Assembly: GCA_963798085.1 (NCBI GenBank)
Contig: CAWCRS010000005.1
Coordinates: 512,001 to 576,000, forward strand
Length of the DNA: 64,000 nt
Origin: an uncultured Gemmatimonadales bacterium
Lineage (GTDB): Bacteria > Gemmatimonadota > Gemmatimonadetes > Longimicrobiales > RSA9
Reading direction: 5' to 3'
Position numbers and translations under genes: made by a program. The notes under the pieces were generated by a model, which was given only the letters and a program-made list of their open reading frames with translations, did no database searches and had not been told where the DNA came from. Positions 18,450-30,733 of this stretch are shown here, one piece after another. The stretch's first letter is position 1. Each line of letters starts with the position of its first letter.

Positions 18450-18916
18450 CAGCGGCTCTTCAACGCGCGTTCCACTTCGCGCTCCGCGTCGCGGCGGCGC
18501 ACGGTCTCGCGCTTGTCGTGCAGCTTCTTTCCGCGTGCCAGGGCCAGCGTCACCTTGACGTGGCCTTCGCGCAGATAGACGTCCAGGGGCACCAGCGTGA
18601 GGCCTTTCTGCTGAGTCGCGCCGATCAGCCTGCGAATCTCCTTGCGGTGCAGCAGCAGCTTGCGCGGCCGTGTCGGGTTCGTGTTCTCGCGGCTGGCCGG
18701 CTCGTACGGGCTGATGTGCATGTCCCGCAGCCAGACTTCGCCGCCATCCACGGTAGCGAACGCCTCGGCCAGACTCACCTTCGACGCGCGCACCGACTTG
18801 ACCTCGGGGCCGGCCAGGACAATACCCGCCTCCCAGGTCTCCTCGACGAAGTATTCGTGGAGAGCCTTCTTGTTCCGTGCTACGATCTTGCGCGAATCGC
18901 CGGTCGCCCTGGCCAT
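18449..18916 (-). CDS. smpB: SsrA-binding protein
   Basis: NKKALHEY, EAGIVL.G.EVKS, RKLLLH, GKKLHDKR. Confidence 0.98.
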   Translation of the reverse strand: MARATGDSRKIVARNKKALHEYFVEETWEAGIVLAGPEVKSVRASKVSLAEAFATVDGGEVWLRDMHISPYEPASRENTNPTRPRKLLLHRKEIRRLIGATQQKGLTLVPLDVYLREGHVKVTLALARGKKLHDKRETVRRRDAEREVERALKSR

Positions 18917-18964
18917 GGTGCGGTCAATCTAGTGGCGCAGGACCCGGATTTGGAGACGGCTCGC

Positions 18965-19885
18965 CTAACTCAACCGCTCCTTCTGCCGGCGGCGGATGCG
19001 CCGCAGCGCCGCCACCTGACCGACTTCACCGCCGATCACGAAAGCGACGCTCATGTAGTAGATCCACAGCAGGAAGATGATCAGCGTGGCAAACGCGCCG
19101 TAGGTGGAATTGTAGGCGGCGACGTTCGTCACGTACCACCCGAACAGCATTTTCATCAGCTCGAAGAGCACCGCGGTGAAGGTCGCCGCGATCATGGCAA
19201 TGCGCCATTGAATGCGGCGTTTGGGCAGATAGCGGTAGATGAGCACGAACATGAACCAGATGGAGAGGAACGCCAGAGCCGTGAGCATGAGGCTGTCGGC
19301 CGCGCGGAAGCTGACCGGGTCGATGCCCAGCACACTGCGCCCGTAGTTGCCGACCAGCTCGATGACCACGGTGACGCCCACATTGACGGCGAACAGCGTA
19401 CCGGCGGCGATGACCATGCCCATGTCGAACAGCTTGCCCAGGACAATGCCGCGATCCACCTCGATGTCGAAGATTTCGCGCAGTGCCGTGCGCAGCGTGC
19501 CCACCAGCCGGGTGGCGATCCAGATGAGGAATATGGAGCCCACGCCCACGAAGCCGGTGGCGCGCGAGATCAGGTTCTTCAGCGTCTCCTGGAACCACGC
19601 CAGCAATTCCGGATTGAGGGGCGGCAGTACTTCCGAGATCAGACGAAGTACCTGGTTAGCCGCGTTCTCGCCGTATTTCGAGCGCAGCAGCAGGCCGGTG
19701 ATGCCGAGGACGGCGAGAATCAGGGGAACGATGGCCACCACAATGTTGAACGCGATGGCGCCGGACAGGAAGAAGATGTTGTCCTGCTCCAGCTTCTTGT
19801 ACAGGCGGACGAAGAAGTCGCTGATGTCAGCGAGTGCGGCGCCGCGGGGTTCGCGGTCCCGCGGCGCACGCAAGGCGTCGCTCAA
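18965..19885 (-). CDS. YihY/virulence factor BrkB family membrane protein
   Basis: Six TM helices; IYRYLP, YNSTYGAFA..LLWIY. Confidence 0.9.
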   Translation of the reverse strand: MSDALRAPRDREPRGAALADISDFFVRLYKKLEQDNIFFLSGAIAFNIVVAIVPLILAVLGITGLLLRSKYGENAANQVLRLISEVLPPLNPELLAWFQETLKNLISRATGFVGVGSIFLIWIATRLVGTLRTALREIFDIEVDRGIVLGKLFDMGMVIAAGTLFAVNVGVTVVIELVGNYGRSVLGIDPVSFRAADSLMLTALAFLSIWFMFVLIYRYLPKRRIQWRIAMIAATFTAVLFELMKMLFGWYVTNVAAYNSTYGAFATLIIFLLWIYYMSVAFVIGGEVGQVAALRRIRRRQKERLS

Positions 19886-20328
19886 ACGCCGATGTCGCCC
19901 GCGTTACCGGCCGCGTCGCCACTGCCCGCATCGGCTGCGCCAGGTGGCCGCCGCGCGGCATCGACGCCGGCGCGCACGCGCTCGCGCGTCTCACGTACCT
20001 TGCGCTCGAGGTCGTCGCGCGTGTCGCGGGCCGCCTGACGTCCGGCCTCGAACGCGTCACGGGCGGCGGAAACGCGATCGTTCACGTTGGTCTTCACGCC
20101 CTCGATTGTCTGCGACACCGCATCCTGCACGTTGCGCACGGTGTCTTCGGCACGCTCGCGGATGCGACGCACACCCGTGCGGATCTCCGCCCGTGTCTCT
20201 TCGCCGCTGCGCGGCGCGAACAGCAGCGCCACTGCAGCGCCCGCCAGGGCACCGGCCACGAAGGAGCCGAAGCCGCCACCCCTCCGCTCGATCACGATGG
20301 TGGTGGGATGTTCTTCGCGATGCCTCAT
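19882..20328 (-). CDS. YtxH domain protein
   Basis: GALAGAAVALLFAPRSGEETR; GGAGAG RBS. Confidence 0.9.
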   Translation of the reverse strand: MRHREEHPTTIVIERRGGGFGSFVAGALAGAAVALLFAPRSGEETRAEIRTGVRRIRERAEDTVRNVQDAVSQTIEGVKTNVNDRVSAARDAFEAGRQAARDTRDDLERKVRETRERVRAGVDAARRPPGAADAGSGDAAGNAGDIGV

Positions 20329-20381
20329 CTCTCTCTCCTCCCGCCGGCCCGGGCGCCGGCGCGGAATATCCGATTGGCGCA

Positions 20382-21743
20382 TCAGACCGCCTCCACTGGT
20401 TCCTGGCAATAGGCCAACAGGCGCTCGCGCAGGGCCTCGTCGTCAATGCCCAGAATGCGCGCCGTGCGCACATGGTCGCCATCCGCGAACGCGAACGTCT
20501 TGAGGGTAATGCGCCGCTCCGATTCGGCCAGTGACGTGCCGACCGGGATGCGCACCTCCGATTCATCGAGAGCCAGGTGTCTGGGCCGCAGGTCGGCGGC
20601 CCCGATAATCGCGTGTTTGGCGAGAATCACCGCGCGCTCCACCGCGTTCTTCAGCTCACGCACGTTGCCTGGCCAGCGATAGGTCTCAATGTACTCCAGC
20701 GCGCCGTCACCGAAGCCGGTCACGTTCTTGCCCAGCCCCTCGGCGAAGGTGCGCAGAAACGTCTCCGCCAGCAGGCGGGCATCGCCCTCCCGCTCGCGCA
20801 GCGGCGGCAGCACGATGGGCACCACCGCCAGGCGATGATACAGATCCTCGCGCAGGTCGCCGGTCTTCAATGCCTCACTCACGTCGCGGTTGGTGGCCGA
20901 CACCACGTTGATGTCGACCGAAATCTCCTTGCGTCCGCCCAGACGGCGGAACGAGCGCTGCTCCAGTGCCCGCAGCAGCTTGACCTGGATGTCCGGCTGC
21001 ATTTCCGCGACTTCGTCCAGGAACAGCGTGCCGCCGTCCGCCTGCTCGAAGGCGCCCGCCTTCTCGTTGATGGCGCCCGTGAATGCCCCCTTTTCGTGGC
21101 CGAACAGCTCGTTCTCCAGGATTTCGCGCGGGAAGGCACCGCAGTTCAGCGCTACGAAAGGTCCTTTCTTGCGGCCCGACTTGTTGTGCAGGGCGCGGGC
21201 GACGAGTTCCTTGCCCGTCCCGCTCTCCCCCACGATCAGCACATTGGCGTGCGCTGGCGCCACTGCCTCGATGATGTCCCACACCTTCCGCATCTCCTCG
21301 GACTGGCCGAGCATGTCGCCGTAGCGTGTGAGACTCTCCAGCTGCTTCTGCAACCGCTTGTTGGCCGTCTTGACTTCGTGCTTCTCGAGCGCCTTGGGAA
21401 TCAGCGCCTTCAGGCGCTCGACATCGAGCGGTTTGGTCAGGTAGTCGTAAGCGCCATTGCGCATGGCTTCCACGGCGGGCGCGGCCGTGTTGTCGCCGGT
21501 GATGACGATGATCTCGGCGTCCAGCTTCTCCTCCCGCATGCGCTTGAACAGCTCGAGGCCGTCCATCCCCGGCATGCGCAGGTCGGCCAGAACGAGGTCG
21601 AAATCACCGGAGCGAACCAGTTCCCAGGCCGCAGCGCCATCCGTCGCGGAATGGATCTCGTACCCTTCTGCCTCGAGGAGCATGCGCAGCCCCTCGGAGA
21701 TGTTGGCTTCGTCGTCGGCAATGAGCAGCTTCGGTGCGCTCAT
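20382..21743 (-). CDS. Sigma54-dependent NtrC/AtoC-family response regulator
   Basis: REC (IADDE, DLRMPG), GESGTGKE, GAFTGA, LFLDE, WPGNVREL. Confidence 0.96.
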   Translation of the reverse strand: MSAPKLLIADDEANISEGLRMLLEAEGYEIHSATDGAAAWELVRSGDFDLVLADLRMPGMDGLELFKRMREEKLDAEIIVITGDNTAAPAVEAMRNGAYDYLTKPLDVERLKALIPKALEKHEVKTANKRLQKQLESLTRYGDMLGQSEEMRKVWDIIEAVAPAHANVLIVGESGTGKELVARALHNKSGRKKGPFVALNCGAFPREILENELFGHEKGAFTGAINEKAGAFEQADGGTLFLDEVAEMQPDIQVKLLRALEQRSFRRLGGRKEISVDINVVSATNRDVSEALKTGDLREDLYHRLAVVPIVLPPLREREGDARLLAETFLRTFAEGLGKNVTGFGDGALEYIETYRWPGNVRELKNAVERAVILAKHAIIGAADLRPRHLALDESEVRIPVGTSLAESERRITLKTFAFADGDHVRTARILGIDDEALRERLLAYCQEPVEAV

Positions 21744-21796
21744 GTTCCTCTGCAGGTCGGGTTCGGTGCGCACACTTTCTCGGTCACCGGATGGTA

Positions 21797-22500
21797 TCAC
21801 GGCGACAGCGGCGGGATTCCCCGGCTCGACTCCCCGGGCAGCCTGACATTGATCACCAGTCGATTGGTATCGGACCCCCCGTCGAGGTCGGCGGTTCCAC
21901 CTTCGTTGCCGAGCCATGTGCTTGCCAGTCGGAGTGCATGATTCAGGGCTGCACCATCTGTGCCGCCCGTTCTCTCCTCGCCGGCCAGCCCGCGGCTTTC
22001 GAGTCGCAGCACGACGGCGGCTGCGTCGCCTGTTCCCTGCACCGTCATTTCACCGCCACCCGCCGCATGATTGCGCAGCTCGAACGCGAGTCGCAGCAGT
22101 GCCAGCCAGACCGGCTCGCAGCGCACGCGGACGCGCAGCGCCGCAGCCACGGGCTCACGCTCGTACCGCACACGACCGCCCCGTGCCATGGCTCGCAGCA
22201 GCGGATCAATGGCGGCGAGCAGTGTTTCGACCGCGATGTTCTTCGGTCCCGGTTCGGCCGGACGCGCCAGCAGCAGGAAGGCTTCGCTGAGTGCGTGCAG
22301 CCGGCGCACTTCTTCTTCCAGCACCGCCGCGCGATCCAGCACCACGTTTGCATCGGCCGCACGCCGGCGCAGCACTTCAATGTTGACGAGCATGGACTGC
22401 ACCGGCCCGCGCACCTCGTGCGCAACATCACGACCAATGGCGCGCAGCAGCCAGCCGACCTCCGCATCGCCCGCATGGAGCGCGACTGCATCGGGTGTAT

Positions 22501-22504
<4 letters not shown>
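21797..22504 (-). CDS. Sensor-less HisKA protein with degenerate ATPase domain
   Basis: DVAHEVRGPV H-box; no recognisable N/G boxes; GTGA overlap with pgi stop. Confidence 0.65.
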
Positions 22505-23891
<1,387 letters not shown>

Positions 23892-23895
<4 letters not shown>

Positions 23896-24695
23896 TCCTC
23901 TGTGTCGATTGCATCACCGTGGAATTCCACCACCAGTCCATCGTACGCCGGCTCAATGCCGGGCGGCAGCGAAGCCGCCAGCCGCGCGTGCTGCACACGG
24001 TGCGTCAGATGGGTGAGATACACGCGCGCCGCCCCTACCTCGCGGGCCGCTTCCACCGCCTCCTCGACGTTGAAATGCGTGGGATGCGGGTTTCCCTCCC
24101 ATAACGCGTTGAGCACGAGCACGCGCACGCCGCGCAGAATGGCGAGGGCGGGCGGCGGCAGCGCCTTGGCATCGGTCACGTAGCCCAGCTCACCGCAGCG
24201 GAACCCGAACGCAGTCATATCACCGTGCGGCACCGCGAACGGCTGCAGTCGGAACCCGACAATGCGCAGTTCGTCTTCCGGTTGGAACACGCGCAGGTCG
24301 ATCTCCGGCTTGGTCGTGCCTTCAGGCGGCTGGTACGCGGGGTCGAAGATGTAGGGAAACGTGCGCCGCAGCCGGTCCGCGTTCTCGGCATCGGCCCACG
24401 CTTCCAGCGGCCGGCCTCGCCGCGCGGAGAAGACGCGCAGATCATCAATGCCGTGCGTGTGATCGGCGTGCGCGTGCGTGAAGAAAACGGCATCGACCTG
24501 GCCTATGCCCGCAGCCACCAGCTGCAGGCGCAGCTCGGGCGGCGTGTCCACCAGCAGCGCACTGCCCTCCTGTTCCAGCGTCACCGCGTGGCGACTGCGC
24601 CGGTCGCGGCTGTCCGTCGACGTGCACACGTCGCAGGCACAGCCGATCACGGGAATGCCGAACGACGTGCCGGTGCCCAGAAAGCGGAGCTTCAA
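23892..24695 (-). CDS. MBL-fold metallohydrolase (PhnP/YcbL-like)
   Basis: TTG start overlapping pyk stop; FLGTGTS.G.P, THAHADHTHG, THLTH. Confidence 0.92.
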
Positions 24696-26106
24696 AGCTC
24701 CTCCACCCGCAGCATGTTGGTGGTGCCGCTGACGTGGAAGGGAATGCCGGCCGTGACCACCACGCGCTGGCCTTCGCGCGCCACGCGATGCTCGAGCAGC
24801 CAGGCGCGCGCCGCGGCCACCATGCTCTCGTAGCTGACTTCGCCCTCGCAGTGCACCGGGAGCACGCCCCACACCAGCGCCAGCTGGCGCCACGTCGAGA
24901 TCTGGTCGGACACGCCGATGATGGGCACAGGCGGGCGATAGCTGGACACCAGACGCGTGGTCGTTCCCGAGCGCGTCAGCGTCACGATGGCCGGCGCACC
25001 CAGCCGCCTCGCCGCTTCCACCGTGGCCGCGGCAATGGCGTGTTCCGTCGCCGTGGCGCCCGCCCGCGGATGCTTCTCCGGCACGTCGTAGTGCGGGCCC
25101 TCCTCCATGACGTGCGCCCGCTCGATCTCACCCACAATGCGCACCATCGCATCCACTGCCAGGAACGGGTAACGCCCGGCCGCCGTCTCGCCCGACAGCA
25201 TCACCGCATCGGTGCCGTCGAACACCGCGTTAGCCACATCGCTGGCTTCCGCACGCGTCGGCCGCGGATTCTCCATCATCGATTCCAGCATCTGCGTGGC
25301 CGTGATCACGGGCCGGCCGTGGAAGTTGGCCAGCTGCACAATGCGCTTCTGCGCCATGGGCACACGCTCGAAAGGCAGCTCGACACCCAGATCGCCGCGC
25401 GCCACCATCACTGCATCGCTGACGTCGAGGATCGACTCGATCTCCTCCAGCGCCCGGTCCTTCTCGATCTTGGCCACAATCAGCGCGCGTCCGCCCAGAC
25501 GCTCGCGCAGATCCAGCACGTCGCTGGCGCGCTGCACGAAGGACAGTCCCACGTAGTCGACGCCGTGCGCGGCCGCGAACTCCAGATCCAGGATATCCTT
25601 CGGCGTCAGCGCGGGCGCGCTCACCGCGATGCCCGGCAGATTGATGCCCTTGTGCTCGCGCAGCAGTCCGCCGCGCACCACGGTGCAACGCACGCGCGGC
25701 GGCGTGACTTCGGTAACACGGAGTTCCATGAGCCCGTCATCGAGCAGGATGCGGCGCCGTGCCCACGTCCTGCGCCAGGGCCGCGTACGTGGTGGGCACT
25801 CGTGCCGGGTCGCTTCCGCCTCCGGCGCCAGCACGATGAGGCTGCGATCGTCCAGCTGCAGCGGCGCGGGCAGTGCGCCAATGCGGATCTTCGGACCCGC
25901 CAGGTCGGCCAGCACCGCCAGCGGCTTGCCCATGTCTCTGCTCGCCTCGTGCGTCCAGCGGATCACCTCCGCCGCATGGTCTCGTGCGATTCGTGCGCGA
26001 AGTTGATGCGAATCACGTCCACACCCAGCTCGGCAAGGGCGTGCACCTGGTCACGCTCCGCCGTCGCGGGCCCGACTGTGGCTACGATCTTGGTCCGCAA
26101 ATCCAC
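24692..26106 (-). CDS. pyk: Pyruvate kinase; frameshifts near 25970 and 25760-25800
   Basis: RTKIVATVGPA, RINFAH, DLAGPKIR, AKIE, MVARGDLGVE, ATQMLESM, MLSGET. Confidence 0.93.
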
Positions 26107-26129
26107 GCCCTTTCGTCCCCTCTTCGATG

Positions 26130-27729
26130 TCAGCTGTGCACGATGATGCCGCCCACCACGGTGGCGGTGCAGCGCAGATCGAGCAACGCGGTTTCCGGCG
26201 CGAGCGGGTCGTGCTGCCAGGCCACGAAGTCGGCGGGCGCACCCGTTTCCAGCACACCGGTGGGCAGGCCCGCCGCCAGCGCAGGCCCGCGGGTGTACCC
26301 GCGAAGCGCGGCTTCGGCCGTCAGCCGCTCCGACGAATGCCACCCCCCCTGCGGTGCGTTGTCGAGATCCGTGCGCTGCACGGCGGCGAAGAGACCGAGC
26401 CCCGGATCGGCTGGCTCGACTGGCGCATCCGATCCAAACGCCAGCAGCGCGCCCGCCTGCTGCAACGAATGAAACGCGTAGGTGCGCGACGCGCGCGCTT
26501 CGCCCCAGTGACGGTCCGCAATGCGCCAGTCCGTGATCAGATGCGCCGGCTGCATCGAGCAGGTGATGCCGGCGCGCGCCGCATCGGCAAAGCGCTCCGC
26601 GGGACAGCATTGCACGTGCTCGATGCGGTGCGCCATGCCTGGCACCCGCGTCGCCGGATCGGCGAGCACATCGAGCGCCAGCGCTACCGCGGCATCACCG
26701 ATGGCGTGCACCGTGCTCGCAATTCCGCCTCTCGCCGCGCGCTGCACGTGGTAGCCGGAATTCGGCCGCGTCCAGCACCTGCATGCCGCGATTTCTGGAA
26801 CCCTGTAAGGCTCGCGCATCCAGGCCGTGCGCGAGCCCAGTGCACCATCCAGAAACATCTTGACGCCGCCCACGCGAATCCACCCGTCGCCGGCGCCGCT
26901 GTACAGCCCTTCGCGCAACGCGTCATCCAGCCGGTGCAGCGGCAGATGCTGGAGCACGCGCAGGCGCAGCGTTCCGCGCGCACGCATGGTTGCGAACACG
27001 CCCAGCGGCTCGGGCTCCACAATGTGCAGCGACGGCAGCGCGTGCACCACGTGATGCCCAGCGCGTGCAGCGCCTGCTGCGCCTCGCCCAGCGCGCTCAG
27101 CGTTTCGCTTCCGTGAGCGCGGGCAGGATTCGCGCGACCAGCTGCCCCGCGTTCTCCAGCAGCAGCCCCGTGGGCTCGCCGGCATCGTCGCGCACAATGC
27201 GCCCGCCCTCCGGATCCGCTGTGTCCCGATCGATGCCCGCGCGCCGCAGCGTCTCGCTGTTCACCCACAGCGCGTGCATGTCGTGACTCTGCAGCAGCAC
27301 CGGCCGCTCGCGGATCAGCGCATCGAGCATGGCGAGGTGCGCCGTCTCTTCCCGCCAGAGGTGCGCGTTCCAGCCGCGACCGCGCACCCATTCCGTCCTT
27401 GTGCCGCGGGCGTGACCGGCAGCCAGTGCGGCCGCGGACTGAGGCAATGTCGCGTGCGACAGGTCGACTTCGCGCCGCGCCAGCGCCCATTCGGTGAGAT
27501 GGATGTGGGCGTCGGTGAGACCGGGCGTGAGCGTGGTGCCGCGCAGGTCGAGCCGCGTGGCACTGCCGGCGCGCGCGCCCACATCGGCCGCCGGTCCGAT
27601 CGCCGCAATGCTGCCGTTCTCGATCAGGAGGGCGACCGGCCCCTGCACGCTCGACTCGCGCGCACCCGCCGCGAAGGTGTGCGCGCGATCCGCCAGCACG
27701 AGCAGCGATTCCGGCGCGGCGTCACGCAT
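26130..27729 (-). CDS. Amidohydrolase 3 (YtcJ-like); frameshifts near 27050-27100 and 26760-26800
   Basis: PGLTDAHIH, HALWVNS, KMFLDGALGSRTA, HAIGD, RIEH, FGSDAPV. Confidence 0.9.
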
Positions 27730-27842
27730 GGGCAGCCACGTCGCGCGCGCACCGTGCGCCTCGCCGCAGTCTGCCGGGACCGCGAGCCCGCCCGGGTTGC
27801 GGCATCTAACGACCCATTATCATGCCGGCGGGCATTCCGGCC

Positions 27843-28052
27843 TCAGCGCCCGCCGCCGCGCGCGTCGATGCCCTCGACGCTCGCGATCTTCACGCCGGAA
27901 TCGGCCAGTCCGGGTTGCAGTGGTTGCCACCCGTGCCATCGTCCCCGAGCGTGCCGCGGCGCGGGATGTCGTTGAGGGAATCCTCGAGCTGCACGACCAC
28001 CCGGCGGTTGCCACCCGCGGCACGGCCCGGGCCCTCCTTCGGTGATCAGCAT
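27843..28052 (-). CDS. Possible small hypothetical protein broken by indels
   Basis: GGAG RBS then MLITEG; protein-like segments RRVVVQLEDSLNDIPRRGTL and LADSGVKIASVEGID in different frames. Confidence 0.3.
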   Translation of the reverse strand: MLITEGGPGPCRGWQPPGGRAARGFPQRHPAPRHARGRWHGWQPLQPGLADSGVKIASVEGIDARGGGR

Positions 28053-28286
28053 CGCTTGTCTCCGGACGGATCGTTCTGCACGGACGAGGGCATGATCGGG
28101 CGTGCCGTCGTTCGGGGCAACCGCTTGCAACGGTGCAGCGTACCGCGGCCAGCGTACGGTGTCGGGACAGGCGTTTGGAAGCGAGCCGCCCGAACGATAG
28201 TTTCCTGCGCCAGTCGCCCGCGCCACATGGGAGTGCCGGGCGGGAATTTCGGGACGCGGCCCGACCGGGCCGCCAACCATGAGCGC

Positions 28287-29402
28287 ATGGATTACATCGA
28301 GCAACCGGGACAGCTGCAGGAACTCGCGGATTCGCTTGCGCTCGAGCCGCTGCTGGCCGTGGACACCGAGGCCGCGGGCTATCACCGCTACGCGGACCGC
28401 GTGTGCCTGCTGCAGCTGTCCACGCGGCGCCGGACGTTCGTGGTGGATGCGCTGGCGCTGGATCTCGCGCCGCTGCGTTCCGTTTTCGCCGACACCTCGC
28501 ACGAGATCGTCATTCACGACGCGGAGTACGACCTGCGCCTGCTGGCGCGCGATTTCACGATCGGCATCGGGCGGCTCTTCGACACCAAGCTCGCGGCGCA
28601 ATTCCTGGGTGAGCCCGCCATCGGGCTGGCCGGCCTCGTGGAGAAGCACCTTGCCGTGCGCCTGGACAAGAAACACCAGCGCGCGGACTGGGCGCAGCGC
28701 CCGCTGCCGCGCGAGCTGCTCGAGTACGCCGCGGACGATACCCGCTACCTGGCGGAGCTGCGCGACCGGTTGCGCACCGCCCTCGAAGAGCTCGGCCGCC
28801 TGCACTGGGCGGAGGAGGAATTCGCGCTGCGGGCAGCCGCCGATTTCTCGCCCGCCCAGGCCGATGGCGATGGCTTCCTGCGCCTCAAGAACACGCGTGA
28901 CCTGGGGCCGCGGCAGCTGGCGGCGCTGCGCGAGGTGTACGGCTGGCGCGACGACATGGCGAGGGAGCGCGATCTCGCGCCGTTCCGCGTGGTCTCCAAT
29001 GAAGTGCTCGCGGCGATTGCGCGCGGCATGCCGGAATCGGTGCGTGAGCTGACCGAGCTGGAGGGCATCAATGCCGCGGGCGTGCGGCACGCGCGCGATC
29101 TCGTGGCCGCCGTGCGCCGGGCCCGGGAGCTGCCCGAATCGGCGCTGCCGGTACGCCGCCGCGGTCCGCGGCGACCCGCGGCGGACCCCGCCTTCGAGAG
29201 CCTGGTCGAGCGACTCAAGACCGTGCGCGATGAAACCGCCGACCGCCTTGCCATGGATCGCGGCTTCCTCATGCCTCGCCAGCAGCTCGAGGACATTGCG
29301 CGCGCCCGGCCGCGCACCCTCGCGCAGCTGCGCGCCATTCCGGAAATGCGGAACTGGCAGGTGGAAGTGCTGGGCGACGCGCTGCTCGAAGTGCTGCGCT
29401 GA
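28287..29402 (+). CDS. rnd: Ribonuclease D (DEDDy exonuclease + two HRDC domains)
   Basis: AVDTE, LLQLS, HDAEYD, LFDT, DWAQRPL, YAADD, WRD..ARERD. Confidence 0.92.
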   Translation: MDYIEQPGQLQELADSLALEPLLAVDTEAAGYHRYADRVCLLQLSTRRRTFVVDALALDLAPLRSVFADTSHEIVIHDAEYDLRLLARDFTIGIGRLFDTKLAAQFLGEPAIGLAGLVEKHLAVRLDKKHQRADWAQRPLPRELLEYAADDTRYLAELRDRLRTALEELGRLHWAEEEFALRAAADFSPAQADGDGFLRLKNTRDLGPRQLAALREVYGWRDDMARERDLAPFRVVSNEVLAAIARGMPESVRELTELEGINAAGVRHARDLVAAVRRARELPESALPVRRRGPRRPAADPAFESLVERLKTVRDETADRLAMDRGFLMPRQQLEDIARARPRTLAQLRAIPEMRNWQVEVLGDALLEVLR

Positions 29403-29423
29403 ACCGGGCCGCCAGCGCGCGGC

Positions 29424-29640
29424 TCAGTCCTCGAATGTACCAGACGCTGACAATGATCTCCCTGCCACCCCCCGGCGTGGTCAGCGCGGACTGCCGGATC
29501 TCCACGATCTCACGCCGCGGCTTCACCGACAGCCACGCATTGATCGCTGATTCCAGGTCCGCAATGTCGGGCTCCTGGAAGAAGCGAACCTGCATGGGAC
29601 CGTGCTCCGTGTGGATGCGTGGCGCCTGGCCGAAACTCAT
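29424..29640 (-). CDS. Small Cse60/DUF2758-like protein; probable +1 indel near the C-terminus
   Basis: MQVRFFQEPDIADLESAINAWL; removing one T at ~29434 ends it VWYIED-stop. Confidence 0.6.
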
Positions 29641-29643
29641 GGC

Positions 29644-30123
29644 TCATCCCTCCCACGGATTGAAGCCGAACGCCAGGTAATCTCCCGAGCGCGCGTCCAG
29701 TGCGGCAATGCCCTCATCAATGGCCTTGATGGTTTCTTCGCGTTCGCCCGCACCTACCGCGGCGGCCCTGATCGACTCGAGCAACGGCCGGATTTCGCGG
29801 GGCTTCAGAAGCACGTAGGCCTTCGGCCCTTCGCCGTTGCCGCGCGGCTCGATCACCAGGTCGACGAGGTCTGTCTCCTGTGATATCTTCCACACGTCGC
29901 CGGTTTTCTTGAGCAGCTTGTCTGCCACTTTGACGTCGGCGTGCAGGGTTCGCACCATCTTCTGTACCTCGCGGTCAGCCGATCCGCCGCGCTGCCGCGA
30001 GAGTCGCTTGCCGAGCGCCTCTGCGGCTTCGGCTTCGCGTTTTTCGGTGGCGTGTGCCAGGACTTCGCCGACATAGGCGTAAATGCCGAGGACCAGTGGG
30101 ATCGGGTCCAGGGGTATGCGCAT
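29644..30123 (-). CDS. Hypothetical protein
   Basis: GGAG RBS; natural composition; 3 bp from the next gene. Confidence 0.75.
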   Translation of the reverse strand: MRIPLDPIPLVLGIYAYVGEVLAHATEKREAEAAEALGKRLSRQRGGSADREVQKMVRTLHADVKVADKLLKKTGDVWKISQETDLVDLVIEPRGNGEGPKAYVLLKPREIRPLLESIRAAAVGAGEREETIKAIDEGIAALDARSGDYLAFGFNPWEG

Positions 30124-30232
30124 GGAACTCCTCCGTACGGATGCGAACGGTAACGAAAACGACGGGCGAATACGCCCGAAAGGCTGGAAGATGTTCCGAT
30201 CATGTCGGGTGAGTCAATCGAATGGAGGTGAG

Positions 30233-30592
30233 ATGAGCGAAGCCGGAACTGTGAGAATGGCGAGGACAGCCGCCATTCTGGGCAGCCTGGCGCTCCTCGC
30301 GGCCTGCGTGGATTCCGGGCTGCCGGACAAGAACCTCCCCTTGGACCAGGCGACCATCCGGCCGTTCCGGTACCAGGTCTACGATGCCTCACGCGACGTC
30401 GCGCCCGTCCGCGCAATGGACCGTGACTGGCGACCTGCCGGCCCGGCGACCTCGATTCCGGAGAGCCTGCTCACCCGCGTGGCCACGGACAACAACCGCG
30501 ATGTGTTCGCGCTCGCTACCGAGACGGCGCCCTACAGCCGGCTCTATGTCAAGGCGGATGGTGGCGGGTTCGTGCCCATGGCCATCGACTGA
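30233..30592 (+). CDS. Hypothetical lipoprotein
   Basis: GGAGGT RBS; lipobox LAAC. Confidence 0.7.
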   Translation: MSEAGTVRMARTAAILGSLALLAACVDSGLPDKNLPLDQATIRPFRYQVYDASRDVAPVRAMDRDWRPAGPATSIPESLLTRVATDNNRDVFALATETAPYSRLYVKADGGGFVPMAID

Positions 30593-30733
30593 GCCCCGGC
30601 CATCGGCGCTTCGGCGCGCCGGCCGACGGTCCGTCCCCCGCATGCCGCCCGCGCACAACCCCGCCCTGGCCGCGCTTGTCTAATGTGTTGCCGTGCCGCC
30701 AGCTGTGCGGCGGGTCCCCGGAAGTCTGGAGTG

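Noticed and set aside
18449..18916. tmRNA (ssrA) near smpB
   Set aside because: No tmRNA-like ends or intergenic space found nearby
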